In this document: in pieces, positions 47,403 through 60,009 of the stretch
Layout: every line of letters begins with the position of its first letter
Position numbering within the stretch: the first letter of the stretch is position 1
Origin: Zygnema circumcarinatum SAG 698-1b
Lineage: Eukaryota > Plantae > Zygnematophyceae
Length of the DNA stretch: 64,000 nt
Direction of reading: 5' to 3'
Assembly (NCBI GenBank): GCA_037447605.1
Contig: CM074811.1
Coordinates: 1,054,001-1,118,000 of the forward strand
Translations under genes and position numbers: made by a program
Notes under the pieces: generated by a model
Databases searched by the model: none
Told to the model about the DNA's origin: nothing
The model's input: only the letters and a program-made list of their open reading frames with translations

Positions 47403-49530
47403 GATACGTTCGTGGAAGGCTACGACTTGGTCTCTTAAAACGTCGCTGAATTATGTTTGGACTGGAGAGCCTGAATGATTGAAAACTTGGCGAATCTTCA
47501 TCTTCTCGCTAAACTCTGGAGTAGAAGCAAAGCAATATTATTTATGTAGTTTCACTTTCATTATTTAGTGGATGTATTTCGATTCTTTCGTTGGCGAATG
47601 CTTTATATTGCAGATGCCACTCGTAGTACTGGAGTTCAACTTGAAATAACTGTTCAAGGGAGCGAGATTTTTCTCGATTTTTGTGTATTTGTCTTCCTGT
47701 TTCGTTCAGGCTTTGCATCGTCGTCAGTTGAACAGACTTTCGTTTGCATGACAGTCAGACGCGTTCGATTTTTTGCCTTAAATCTGGAATGTGGAAAATG
47801 TGAGATACATTTTTTTGCGAGATTCTATCAAGAAAAAACCCGCTACGTTGCACTCTACTTTACTGGCAGTGAAACTGTTCTCTGTTACATTATGCATACA
47901 TGGTTGACCTTGCTGTTATCACTTTCAGAAGCATTTTGGAACCTTTAGAATACACATGTGTTATGTTATGCTTCAGCTTTCCCAAAAAGGGTCATTCTGA
48001 CTTTGTCAAACGCAGCGTATATTTTAACCCCTCACCTACTTTGACGTTTTTGTTTCTAATGAAATGCAGGCCCTTGCAAAAAGCGCATAGCAGTCAAAGC
48101 TGTTCAGCGGGAAGATCCATCCACTGAAGAGGCCTCGGAGAAATTGCAAGTTTTCTTCGATAATGTTCAGACTCGAGTAAGCACGACAATGCTTTTCAAT
48201 GTTGAAGGTGGTGATGTCCACCTGGAAATCAGTTGATAAGTCGAGTATAGTCAGGGAATTCTCTGTTGCTTTTTGGTGAGGTTCGAGCATGTTAAAGCCT
48301 CACCTGCAAGTCATGCTCTCTTAGATTGCGGCCATCTTAAAAAGTTGGAAGAAACGAAAGATTCTCAGCTTTGCAATGCTTCGTGCGGCGAGTGCTGCTG
48401 TCGTGGGATAAGGTTGCAACTTTACCGTCACTCCTGTGTATGACAGTGGGAGAAGGTGGAGGACAAACCTACCTTTCTTGCCTACTCAGCGGGCACTGTG
48501 GCGTTCCTTTGGTTCTCCTCAGCCCTGGTTTCGGCCTTCAACTCTGTACCAGTGGTAAGCAGAATGATGATCCTCCAGTAGCAGTGTAGGAGCTGGGAAA
48601 GCTCAGCATCATGCAGCTCTTCATGAACCAGCCTCATGCTACGACACTGATCTCCTTGTTTGAAAAGTGTTTTGTATTTCTGCCACGCCATAGTTTGTTT
48701 AGAGAAGCTACTCGCAGTCAGACAGAACCCCTGCTAATCTCGACTAGCTTTTTGCATCCACAAAAAACAGCTGACATTCACGTCTTGCTTCTGCCTCTTT
48801 GGTGAGTAGTATAGACGCTTTCGCTGATGCTGTAGCCAGCTTTGTGTGAAGCAGTGGCACTGGCCTAGTGATCCTTCGTCTGTCCCTTGATCTCCTCAGC
48901 TAAAGGAGAGGTCGCTCAAGGTTTTCCTGATGACATACCGCATTCTTTTATTGCAGCTTCCCAAGGTGCTCGAGTTCATCGGCATAGTGTATACGGGCTG
49001 GTTTGTCTATCGCTATCTTCTATTTACTGTAAGTTCGTGTTAGACACTGCCTTTGAGATTCAGACTGCATTCTCCCTGTCAGCACAGGCGTCATTTTTTG
49101 TGTTTTCTGAATGTGGTGTTGCTGAGTGAACTTTATTTGTTACTGCACATGGCTCAGAGCACAGTCACCAAAAAACATGACCTAAGAATCCAACTTTCGT
49201 CCTTTGCTTGTTGTTACTGGCCTAGTTAGAAAGGAATGTCTGAACTTCATATATCTTCCCCTCAGCTTTCTGCTTTACTTGTTTCATGAACTACGCTTCA
49301 GTAACAAAGTCAATAAGCAAGAAGTAGGCAGAGTATTTTGTTGAAGTGTTTTGCATACAGTGCCATAATCATCGACTTGACTTGGAGCACCCAATGGCCT
49401 TTATGTGCAGCCCAACAGGCAAGAACTGATTGCCAAAATAGATGAGCTGAGTTCGAAGATCACCGGGGAAGTCAAGGATACTGTCAGCGACATCCAGTCA
49501 GCCGGATCTCAGAAGTCAAAGGACCCCTGA
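47154..49530 (+). CDS. CURT1: CURVATURE THYLAKOID 1 protein (CURT1A-like), copy b, 5 exons
   Basis: Exon 47154-47313, then AVKAVQRED..VQTR|WEKVEDKPTFLAYSAG..SAFNSVPV|LPKVLEFIGIVYTGWFVYRYLLFT|PNRQELIAKIDE. Confidence 0.92.
47346..47398. repeat. (AT)n microsatellite in CURT1 copy b intron 1
   Basis: Interrupted AT dinucleotide run read directly. Confidence 0.95.
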
Positions 49531-52030
49531 CGAGGACCTGAAGGTGCTCATGACTCGGTTTGGAAGCTCGAGGGAGTCGATCGATGTGCAGACGAAGGCG
49601 CTTAACGGTTTTAGTGTGGCTTTGTGTGCATATGGGGCCCAGTTTGTAGCGCTTTAAGGATAAGATGTTTTTTGAGGGCGCCCGATATTTTTGAGATGCT
49701 TTGCGTGGTCTTTTTGATATTTCTAAAATGTAAATAGCTTTTTTTTTCAAAATCGCGTCTCAGTTATTGAAGAGCTTCAGGGAATGCAACAGCGGTATGA
49801 ACTCTTTTTGCTTTAGGGGTGTGCGTCGATACTCATTTGTTTGAGGAAGAGCACACTTTGTGTATCCCAGACATAAAGAAAATCATTGAGAACGAGATTT
49901 TTTTTACTAAAAAATTGCTGTGTATGCCACTTGTCAATTCGAAAGTCCTTCTGTGAGGTTGAAAGGTGACAGTCAAATCTATTCAGTAGCCATGTGCGCT
50001 TGATGGCCCTGCTGCTCACAATACGAAAAAATCCACTTTTGAAAGGGACATTCCCTTTCTTCCTTTCATCCGCGACATGGTGCCTGCATGGCCTGCATGT
50101 GAGAGAGAAAGAGGGGATGCAAAGTATCGCAACGAGCTTCGCATCATGGACATTCCGTGACCGAAACCGAGCCGAGTATAGCAGAATGTTGGAATGAGTC
50201 CATGTGGAAGATTCATTTGTTACAGCCTCTTCTCAACACAGCATAGTACAGCTGCGAACCCTCAACCTAACAACAGCTGCTTAGAGAGGACCTCGTGGGA
50301 GGAGAGCGGCATGCGGCCGAGGCAGCTCAGACAGAGGAATATAGTAGACCATTGAATCCATGGCTGCTTATCATATCAAGGGAGAGTGGGAGAGGGAGGG
50401 AGACAGCAGCCCCCTTCCGTCTCCGGCAGCGCCATTGCCCTCTCATGTGCAAGCTTCGAGCGAGCGAAGCGAGCGCCGAACTGGGTACCAAGAGGGCGAA
50501 AATACGACCCAAAGAAAAGGCGCGCCGCCGTTCTCCGCATTCATCCCTTTTTTTCCTTTCCTCAAGGTGCGCTAAATTTTTCCCACGGGATGTTTCAGCC
50601 GTCGATTGAACGTGTCTCAGCTTACGACGGCCAAAATGGACCCACCCGGAGTCCAACGACACATTTTCTCTGCCCGAGATACAAATTTTGCAAATAATTC
50701 CAATCAGTTAAGATGTCTGTACTCCGTACATCTGGTACTGTACCAGATTGTACGATACCCGTTTTCGTACACTTTTGTCCAAAAGGATGTTTCGAATTTG
50801 GAACCGGAAGGAAGATTCGTATGGCAGGCGGACCCTGAACCCTGGGAGCCGCCGTCCCCTAGCTTGCACCCGAACTCTTTTTTTTCTCCTTCCAAAACCC
50901 CCGGGCAGCCTGAAAACGAGTTTCGTTTGAACGGTCAAGATGCCTCCCACTGGCCATTGAGCCAAAAATCTGTTGCTCTGTTTTGACTCACGACGGACGA
51001 ATTCTACTGGGGTTTCGACTCTGAGTCGAAAAAAAGGTGCCTACCGTACTGTTAAGAGTGAGAGAAAAAACGCGCGGGCAAGGACCTGCATTAGTCTGAC
51101 TCACGCTCACGCTCTCGCAAGTGCGGAAATGTTTCAGCTGCCCGCTCGTGCTTGAACAGCAGGTTGAAGGCAAGCCCTTCGTCGTTAGAGAGTGCTCTGC
51201 AGGGAAGGGCGGCCAAGGGCTGCCACCTTCAAGGTAATGGCGGAAGATATGGCTGCCTGGTAGATCTGCCATGGTCTCCTGTTTATGGACTCAATGCAAG
51301 TCTGTTTCCTGAAGCCTATGCTGTACAAGAACGGCACTGTTTGTGAGACTTCTACGTGTTGATTTTGTATGATTGAGTAACTTCTGTAAAAACGTGAGCA
51401 AGTTGCATCCAGATGTGTACTCTGAAGTCAGATCCGGCAAGCTCGTTGAATCCGAACATTACTGGACGACTGACCGATGCGATCAGTGTATTATTTTGGT
51501 TGAAGTCCTGATCATTATAGTATTTAGTTTATATCGTTGTAAGGCTTTGTGAACGAATAAGTAGGATGCAGCAGAAGTTTGATGGTCTTTTTGTCCACTG
51601 AAGCTTGATCAAATGTCTGAGTGTGACATTCTGGAAGAATTGTGCAGAACTGTATTATTGGAGTCTGCTTTGGCATTGAGCATATATATTATGTTGATCT
51701 CAAGACATTTGATTGCTTAGTCCCCAACCTTTCAGCACTGCTTCTCGAACAGGAGATCTCTGCTGTTTTCTGGAAATGAAAAACTATTCCTTTCATCAAT
51801 CGCGTGAAAGGAAACGGCTCTTTTCAATATGCATGTCCAATGTTCACCTGTGACCCTGGTCGAGTTAGAAACTCTCACCGTATGTTATGTTGTCCGACTA
51901 GTATTTTTTTTCTTACATTAAAATGTGGATCTTGAGCCTTGACGTGTAGTCTGCTTCTAAATGTTGTCATGTACTTATCTTGATTGTTTGTTTGGACAGG
52001 GAATCTTCCTGCTGGTTTACAGCAGGCAAG

Positions 52031-53458
52031 ATGTGTGACCAACCGAGGATGTCGCAGATCTTCCAGCAGACGTATCTGGGCAGCAAGCTTGCGCCCAGGA
52101 ACCACATGGCCCCGGCCATGCAGGAGGCTCTTGTGCCAAGCTTCCCAGTGAACCCTGCATTTTCCACACCTCTGCAAGGACGTTTGATGGTTCCAACTTT
52201 CATCCCTGCCGCGGCCGAGTCAAAGAAGGGCGGAGTACTGTCATCTCGTTTCTTTATCGACTTCATGATGGGTGGTGTCTCTGCCGCCGTTTCGAAAACA
52301 GCGGCTGCTCCCATTGAGCGTGTGAAGTTGTTGATTCAGAATCAGGATGAGATGTTGAAGTCTGGCAGGCTCGACAAGCCATACAAGGGCATTGGAGAGT
52401 GCTTCGGCCGTACCATCAAGGAAGAGGGTTTCGTGTCCTTGTGGCGTGGCAACACTGCCAACGTGATCCGTTACTTCCCCACTCAGGTGAGGTGTTCAAT
52501 TCCACTCTCAGAATGCCTCCGGAAGCTCGGATGTCGTCTTTCCTTAGGGTGCTGGCCACCTCGTGAGAGATCGATCTTAATGCGTTTTGCTCAATGTTGT
52601 GGATGATGCAGGCTCTTAACTTCGCCTTCAAGGACTACTTCAAGCGTTTGTTTGGGTACAAGAAGGACAAGGATGGTTACTGGAAGTGGTTTGCTGGCAA
52701 CTTGGCATCAGGAGGAGCTGCTGGTGCTTCTTCTCTTCTTTTTGTGTACTCTCTTGACTATGCTCGAACTCGTCTGGCCAATGACGCCAAGTCGGCCAAG
52801 AAGGGCGGTGGCGATCGCCAGTTCAACGGTCTTCTTGATGTCTACAGGAAGACTCTTGCAAGTGATGGTGTTGCGGGACTGTACCGTGGATTCACCATCT
52901 CCTGTGTTGGTATTATTGTCTACCGTGGACTGTACTTCGGTATCTATGACTCCCTGAAGCCAGTGATTCTGGTTGGACCTCTGGAGGTGAGTGTGCAGTC
53001 TGACGTTTCCATCTGCTAAGGCATCTGTTGTGTTGACATTGAGCAACTTGAATGACCTGTCGTTCTCATGCTATTTGTGAAGTGAGTGTCTTACGTTTGA
53101 TGCCCTCCATGGATAAGGCTTTGGCTGTGATAGCTGACTATTCGAGGGTTTTTGAATGCAGGGTAACTTCTTGGCGTCCTTCCTCCTTGGTTGGGGTATC
53201 ACCATTGGTGCTGGTCTGGCTTCTTACCCTATTGACACTGTTCGGCGGCGTATGATGATGACCTCCGGTGAGGCTGTCAAGTACAAGAGCGCCATGGATG
53301 CCTTTTCCCAGATTGTCGCCAAGGAGGGCACGATGTCTCTGTTCAAGGGTGCTGGCGCCAATATTCTCCGTGCGGTCGCTGGTGCTGGTGTGCTTTCCGG
53401 CTACGATCAGCTGCAGCTTCTGATGTTCGGAAAGAAATGGAGCGGTGGAGGCGGTTAA
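52031..53458 (+). CDS. AAC: Mitochondrial ADP/ATP carrier with plant-type N-terminal extension, 3 coding exons
   Basis: [47 protein letters not shown]|ALNFAFKD and the signature [15 protein letters not shown]. Confidence 0.97.
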
Positions 53459-54822
53459 GGTGCGGCTGGAGGAGGACAGTAGAGATAATGACGACGAAGA
53501 GAGAGAGACAGGTCAGCTTTAAAAGATTACGACTGTAGGGTCATAAAACCTGCCGAGTTTTTTATGTGTACGTTTGGCCTGTGCAAGTCCAGATCGTAGA
53601 ATCCTTTTTGAAAGCGATTTGTCTGGCTATTTTTTGCTGGAATGAGATGAAAATTATTTCAGGTAACAATTTCTCCTATCAGACGGTGGTACTGTTGAAA
53701 ATGAGTTGTTGAGTACTTTATTTGATGATTTTGACAAATCTGCTGCATGCAGCCGAAGCTGACATGCTCTTGTCGGCCACCTACTTCCTTGAACCCTTCT
53801 CGTTTGCCCTGTGAAGGAGCATTGTGACCTTGCAGCTTTGTATGGGCCACGCTTCACATGCTGATTGCATCATGCTCCCCCTGACCATGCTTCTGCCATG
53901 CTGCATGCCCATCCCACATTCTCGTTCGCCTAGGCAGCTTCGTTTCTGAGTGGTTTCCTTCCAATGGGCTTGACGCTTCTTCTACAGCGTCCCGAACAGG
54001 TCGAGTGTCTTGTCTGTGTAAAAGGGTGTTTATCACATTTGACATCAACAATAGGGCATTTCAGACGTCACTAAAACGAACAAAACGTTGTTCACTCGAT
54101 TCGGCGTATCTGCTTCGTAGCAGGTGTCGTCAGACATTGGGAAGAGCTCCCTGTAATTATGCCAACGTAATGCAAAGCGGAAAGGCAAAAAAAGTACTTT
54201 CACAGTCGAATCACGATGATCCCAGAATACTCAAAAAATTCGTTTCAGTAATATTGACGATTACTAAGTTTGACACAGCCTGAACAAAATGGTAGCGAAG
54301 CCAACAAATTCCGACGCAATGCGCACTCTTGGGTTTGTGCAACAGTGTTCCTTCAAGCAGTGGGAGGCTTTATCTTCAATTTCTTCAATTTCCTAGCATC
54401 ACCTCACTGGGATTGTGATAGGACTAGTTTTCAGCACTGATGGAGTGCTCTGCCAACACGTGCCTGTGGGGAGACGGCGAAGTCCCTCTTGGCCCTTCAT
54501 CATGTCAATTAGGGGCTTGATACAGAGGCCATGGAATGTAACTTCAAGTCTGACATATCCTAATAAAGTTCGTCCACACTAAATACGATGAACGGTATAC
54601 ACGGGAAGGAAAACGGGAGAAAAATCTCATTAGTGAAAAAACCACAGAAATAATAAGCAGCACCAGCAAACCAACAAATCAACAAACCTAGTTGAGATAA
54701 CTTACGCTTCTGCTATCTGCCAAAAATGGATCTGCAAGCCCGCAATGTCCGCTCATAGCAAAATGCGGAGCAACATATTTAAGCCAGGGAGGATTTGCCG
54801 CGTGTGTTGTCATGACAGCGAC

Positions 54823-57800
54823 TCAAAAGGTCACGAATGAGTCGGCAATGGCCTTGAGCTTGTCCTCCATCTTGGACCACCTGCGCTCGTTGGCACCTGT
54901 CGTCAGCGTGTAGAACCTCCCTGCAACCGTTCAGCGCCAAACGGTTTGAGTTCATTGAACCCAGGGGGGAGAAGGAGGCGGAAGGACAACAGTCAAGGGC
55001 AGAGTTTGGTCCTTTTGCAATGAAAAAGTTCATCGTAAGAGGGGGGGGAGAGAGAAGGAGAGGGAGAGGGGGGGGGGAAGAAGGGGAGGGGGGGGGANNN
55101 NNNNNNNGGGGGGGGGAAGAAGGGGAGGGGGGGGGAGGGGGAAGGGGGGAGGAGGGGAGGGAGGGAGGAGGATGGAGGAGGGGGGAGGAGGGGAGGGAGG
55201 AGGGGGGAGAAGGGAGGAGGGAGGAGGGGAGAGGGGGGAAGGAGGAGGAAGCGGGAGGAGGGAGAGGGCAAAGAGGAGTTAGTTGATATAACGAGCTCAA
55301 CAGTGACTACCAAAGCACAGAATACGGTTCATAGTTGCGTCTGCAGGACTCTATTTTGCATTTTATTTTTCGTGATACAAGTACAGTAGAACCCCTAATG
55401 GAAGCCTTATTCAATTAAGAGAAGTAGAATTGGGACCGCCTGCCTCGTGCCATGAGAAATTGCAACTGGTCACGCTGACTTGTGCGGCTTCAACTGAGGC
55501 TAGTTCTGTATAGAGGAAGGGGAGACCTGGGCCCTAGAGATCTTTAAAAAATTTAGGGGAAAAATAAGTCTTAAGCATGTTACGAGTTTTAAGTAGTGAA
55601 GTATCCAGTAGATGAGAGCATCAGTCTCTACACGATCGTGAGAAGAAAAGGCCAAGAACAGTTCTGACCGTTGGCAAGGGCCACAGTGCCGAGAGCGTGA
55701 CGCGTGTAGTTCGGTGCTTGGGCGAGAAACTCGAACGAGTAGTAAGTCTTCCCATCCGTCTCACGCTGGAAAGCGACAAAACGATCCACAGAATGCCTTT
55801 CAGATTCAATAAAGAACTTAGGGAAGGGCCCTCGTACTCCTCGCCCCTTCCCTTGTTTCTCTCCCTTCCTCCCTGCCCTTCTTTCGTCATTTCTCTGAAT
55901 CTCTTCCCCCAACCCTTTCTTTCTATTCTTACAATGACAATTCTCTCTGCTCAACTTCTGACTGTGCTTGTGAGGATGCTTTTCCCAGCCTACCTCCTTA
56001 GCATCGACCAGCGTCACTTTCTGGCTGGGCGAGCTCAGAACCTTCTCCACCAGAGTCCGGGCCACCTGGTTGTGATCAGAGGTGAAAGCAACTCTGGGTT
56101 TCAGGAATCACCCAGTGTGTGCGTATGCAGCACAGAGAGAGAAAGTGTGTGAGGGAAAGAGTGAGGAGGAGGGGGTGGGAAGAAATGAGAGCTACATGCA
56201 CAGAAAAGCAATGTATCGACTTGCAGTTCGAACCTCATTAGGTGAACCCAGTTCAGCGAGAGAAGTCTTTTCAGTCTTGATGATGTTCACACTAACGTTC
56301 TCCAAGGGCTCAATCACATCCTTGAAAACCACATCTTGCCCCTTCACTGCAACCTCCTGTATGCCCCAAAGTGGAAAAGAAAACCTGAATTACACTCTCT
56401 ACAAACCGCTTTTCCTGTCTGGAGTTGAGGTTGCTAAGCCAAGAGAGCTTATCCAGCTTTGGTACGGACAATATTTGAAAGTTACATTCAAGTGCCCAAC
56501 AAAGTGATACCGCATGCCCTGCTACTTGGCAGGACATGCAGAGATAAGGTTCAGAAATAGCCTACCTGCCAACCAAAAGGGTAGAAAAAAGCATAGTTAT
56601 CGATAGAGTCCTGGTGAGCAGCGTAACCCTTTGGAGCTTCTGAATATTTGTACAAAGTCCCCAAGCACGAAGGCAGCGATTAGATTACGGATGTCAAGAG
56701 CTCATGCAGGACGTCTGAGTTGATGCACGCTGTAAGAGTCCCGAAGTCACGAGTTCTATCCAAGAATCCAGTTAAAATTGGATGGCATCATTCTACAAAT
56801 ACGGAATAAAACAAAGTACTTGATAACTAATACCCGTTGAACCGTGATTAAGTTTTAACGACGGTTTCCAAATGAAGGATGGAAGTCCGTAGTGCATGAT
56901 AAGGACAAGCAAAGGTTGGATGGATAATCATGGCTTTACGGGGGTCAAAAGAGGGGAAAGGGGAGGAAGAGGAAGAGGGGCGAAGTAGAGGGAGGGGAGG
57001 GGAGGAGGGGGGGGAAGAGTGAAATGAAGAGGGGGCAGACGTGGGAGGAACTGGGAGAGGAGGGGGGAGGAGGAAGGAAGTGGGAGAGGATGAGGGAGAG
57101 GGAGAGGGAGAGGGGGGGTGAGTCGGAGAAGAAGAGAGATGAGGAGGCCCGGAAGTGGGGGAGAGCAAAAGGAAGGTTGAGAGGAAGAGGGGGAGGAGGT
57201 GAGGAATAGGGACGGGGGTGGGGGGAAGAAGAGGGAGGGAAGTGGGAGGGGGGGAGCAAGAGTGAGAGGAAGAGGGGGAGGAGGAGAGGAGGAAGAGTGA
57301 GAGGAAGAGGCGGGAGGAGGTCAGGAATAGGGAATGGGGGTTGAGAAGTAGAGGGAGTGGGAGGGGGGAAGGAAATAGGCATAAAAAGCCTGAAATTTGT
57401 CCAACCACAAAAAAGGAGGTGCATCCAGATGGAAGCGTATATTTTATGTACCAACAAAAGTCTAACCAAGGGAGTGGCCTTACTTCCCGCAAGAGCTTCG
57501 TTGTTGAGGGAAGGTGCTGCAGCCAAAAGGACTGCAGCACCTGCAAGCAGCTCTCTGCGACCAACAGGACTATCTGTGCCCCAAGACCACGCCCATTTTT
57601 AACAAACCAGCAAAAATAAGAAAAGTAAATAAATCCGTGCTCCATTTCCATGGGTTAGGGTTAGGGTTAGGGTTAGAGTTAGGGTTAGGGTTAGGGTTAG
57701 GGTTAGGGTTAGGGTTAGGGTTAGGGTTAGGGTTAGGGTTAAGAAATAAATCTATCCCGAAAGGCATGTCGCCACATACATGTATACCGTCATGAAAACG

Positions 57801-59068
57801 TAGCATATTACGGATGAAAAGAAGGAGGAAAGGTCAAGAATGGAGCCATGCAGTTCCAATCGCAAGAAATTAGGAAAAGAAATCCTACATTACTGCGCCA
57901 TTCATACATTAAAAGTGGTTAAAGTGGTTTATACAATGAAGGTTTGATTCGTACCTTGTGAGGATGCGGATGCACGGACAACCGCTCGTCCACACGAGCA
58001 GGTTTTAAGTGATGCAGCACGAGTCCATGGAGGAATCTGATAACACAAAAACCCGACAGTTTTGGTGGAAAGCGTGGAGTCCAGTCAAACACGTATCTAA
58101 GAGGCGAAATGCTCCTCGCATTATGAAGAACATGCGCTTCATTCTACTGTCTTACTTGCCTTTATTTCGCATTTACCGGCTTGATATGGCCCGTTGGCAC
58201 TGGGCCATGCACTCGATAAGGGACATCCAACAGAAAGCAAAGTTTTTTCACTTTGCAAACAAAGAGCGCCGTTTATATAAGCAAGAGGACATTGAATAGT
58301 AGCCTAACCTGCTAAGACCAGACGTTCCCTTCATCTCTCTGAATTGCTTAATTTCACAATGCAGTAGCATTACCAGATCCGCAATGAAACCTCAAAAAAC
58401 AAGAGGGAGGGAACGGGGGAACAACGAAACGGCGAAGAAACATTCATCATGGCTGCAACCGCATTCCAAACAAGTCCTGAGCCAATAGCATACTTCAAGC
58501 TCCATACATAAATTCAACATAGTGAATTTGACGTAGTGGCTGTTGGCATTCCTTGCCCTTCCTGCATTGCAAGCAAGCCATGCGAAAGTTCATGAGCTTG
58601 TAAAAATCCAAGAAACAATGATATCGATCATTGTGAGAAGTAGTCAAACCTGAGCATTCAGCTGATGACGAATGGAGCCGGCATTCCTTCGCCCCCTCTC
58701 CAACCCTAAGCTGCTTCCTCCCAATGCCAACTGCACATACGTCGCAGTACTGCAGAAAAAAGACACAGAAAAAGAAAAAAAACCGATAAATTGTTCCTGC
58801 TTCACTTTGAAGTGTTCGGATGGGAAAAGGGATAAGACGTTGAGATCAGTGGCAAAGATTCCTCTAGACAAAAAAATAAGGGTGCATGATCGAGTATCTG
58901 ATTAGCCAATTCAGTTTTCGTTCAGCCAAGGTGCTCGAGGGTTGAAGTAATGTTTCTAATACGACTTTAAGAGCCTTTCACAACAGAGCATTTTCGTACA
59001 TGAAAAAATGCAAGACTCTGATGCTCTTAAAGGGGAGTGCAGATACATCATTCAAAGTCTCACCTCAT
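54823..59068 (-). CDS. PPL1: PsbP-like protein 1 (thylakoid lumen), multi-exon
   Basis: Bipartite transit peptide with twin-Arg GRRELLAGAAVLLAAA, then YAFFYPFGWQ|EVAVKGQDVVFKDVIEPLENVSV, DGKTYYSFEFLAQAPNYTRHALG and FYTLTTGANERRWSKMEDKL. The start ATG AG|T at 59068 is inferred from splice phase. Confidence 0.92.
55041..55275. repeat. Polypurine (G/A) low-complexity tract in a PPL1 intron, containing a 10-N assembly gap (55098-55107)
   Basis: GGGGA/GGAG runs flank the Ns, so the true length is unknown. Confidence 0.9.
56946..57372. repeat. Polypurine (G/A) low-complexity tract in a PPL1 intron
   Basis: About 430 nt almost entirely G/A on the + strand, i.e. pyrimidine-rich in the pre-mRNA. Confidence 0.85.
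57655..57738 (+). repeat. Interstitial telomere-like array (TTAGGG)14 with one TTAGAG variant, inside a PPL1 intron
   Basis: 14 hexamers counted directly. Confidence 0.95.
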
Positions 59069-59495
59069 GATGACAGATTCCAAAAATCGAGCGAGCAAGC
59101 AAGCAGACGCTGCTGCCTCTTACACGCTCTCGGACCTAAAGCATGCAGCTTTCTCTCACTTTCTCTCTCACACACTTCCTTTCTACCTCACTCCCTCTCC
59201 CTCTTGAACGCGCTAATGGAGCCTCCAGCTGTTGCTGAAACCTTTGGAACCATGGCACCGGTCACACGAAAACATTTCCAACGAGCAGACCCTTCGTCCG
59301 GGTAGAAAATAAAAAGTAGCTCAAGCACTATAACGCTGTAGCAAGAAGCCAATCAGTAACAGATTTAACAGGTGCTAAACATAATTTAAATCTGCCCGAA
59401 CCATGACCTTTCCGTTCTAAAACTTTTCTGTCCCTTTCTTTGGACCTGCCCACGGGCCACTGGACCAGGATCTGGCCCGGCGCCCACCTGGCCAC

Positions 59496-59741
59496 CACGT
59501 GGCGGCCCATGCTTGGCCAAAAACATGCCACCTCGCTTCACGCTACTCCATGTATGCAGTTCAACGGTGAACGGAACTGCGTATTAAGTCCCATTCACAC
59601 TAGAGCCGTTATTCCATATCGACACGTCGTTGTCTACTGGAGAGTCCTCCAACAAAATCCCGTTACGTGGACCATTTTCAGCACGTGGCGAGTCTCCATT
59701 GGATAATAAACTACATGTACTCGAGTCATTTCTCGCACGTG
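59496..59741. promoter_or_regulatory. G-box cluster in the PPL1/ASG2-like divergent promoter
   Basis: CACGTG at 59496, 59682 and 59736. Confidence 0.55.
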
Positions 59742-60009
59742 CGGGCTCGTCGATCCGCCAATCGCGTGATCCTGGAGCCCACGAGGAAAGGTGCGGAGAC
59801 GACCCTCCCGTTCTGCCAGCCATGGCGGAGGGAGGGAGGGACGGAGGGAGAAAGGGAGGAAGGGAGAGAGGCGGAGGGCCACGGTCGAGAGGGGGGGGGG
59901 TGGGGAAGGCTCGCGTTCCTCATCGCTTGCGTGTGAGTATCATGTTGAGGGTTTAAGAAGTGGGGGGAGGGAAGGGGAGAGGAGAGGTGAAGAGGTGGGA
60001 GGGGCAGAC

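Noticed and set aside
54779-57651. Pro/Ser-rich ORFs 54779-55313 and 56848-57651
   Set aside because: Translations of polypurine intron tracts; one spans an N gap.
54779-57741. Telomere-associated retrotransposon or chromosome end near the TTAGGG array
   Set aside because: The region is fully explained by PPL1 exons and introns. There is no RT or endonuclease ORF, and genes continue on both sides.
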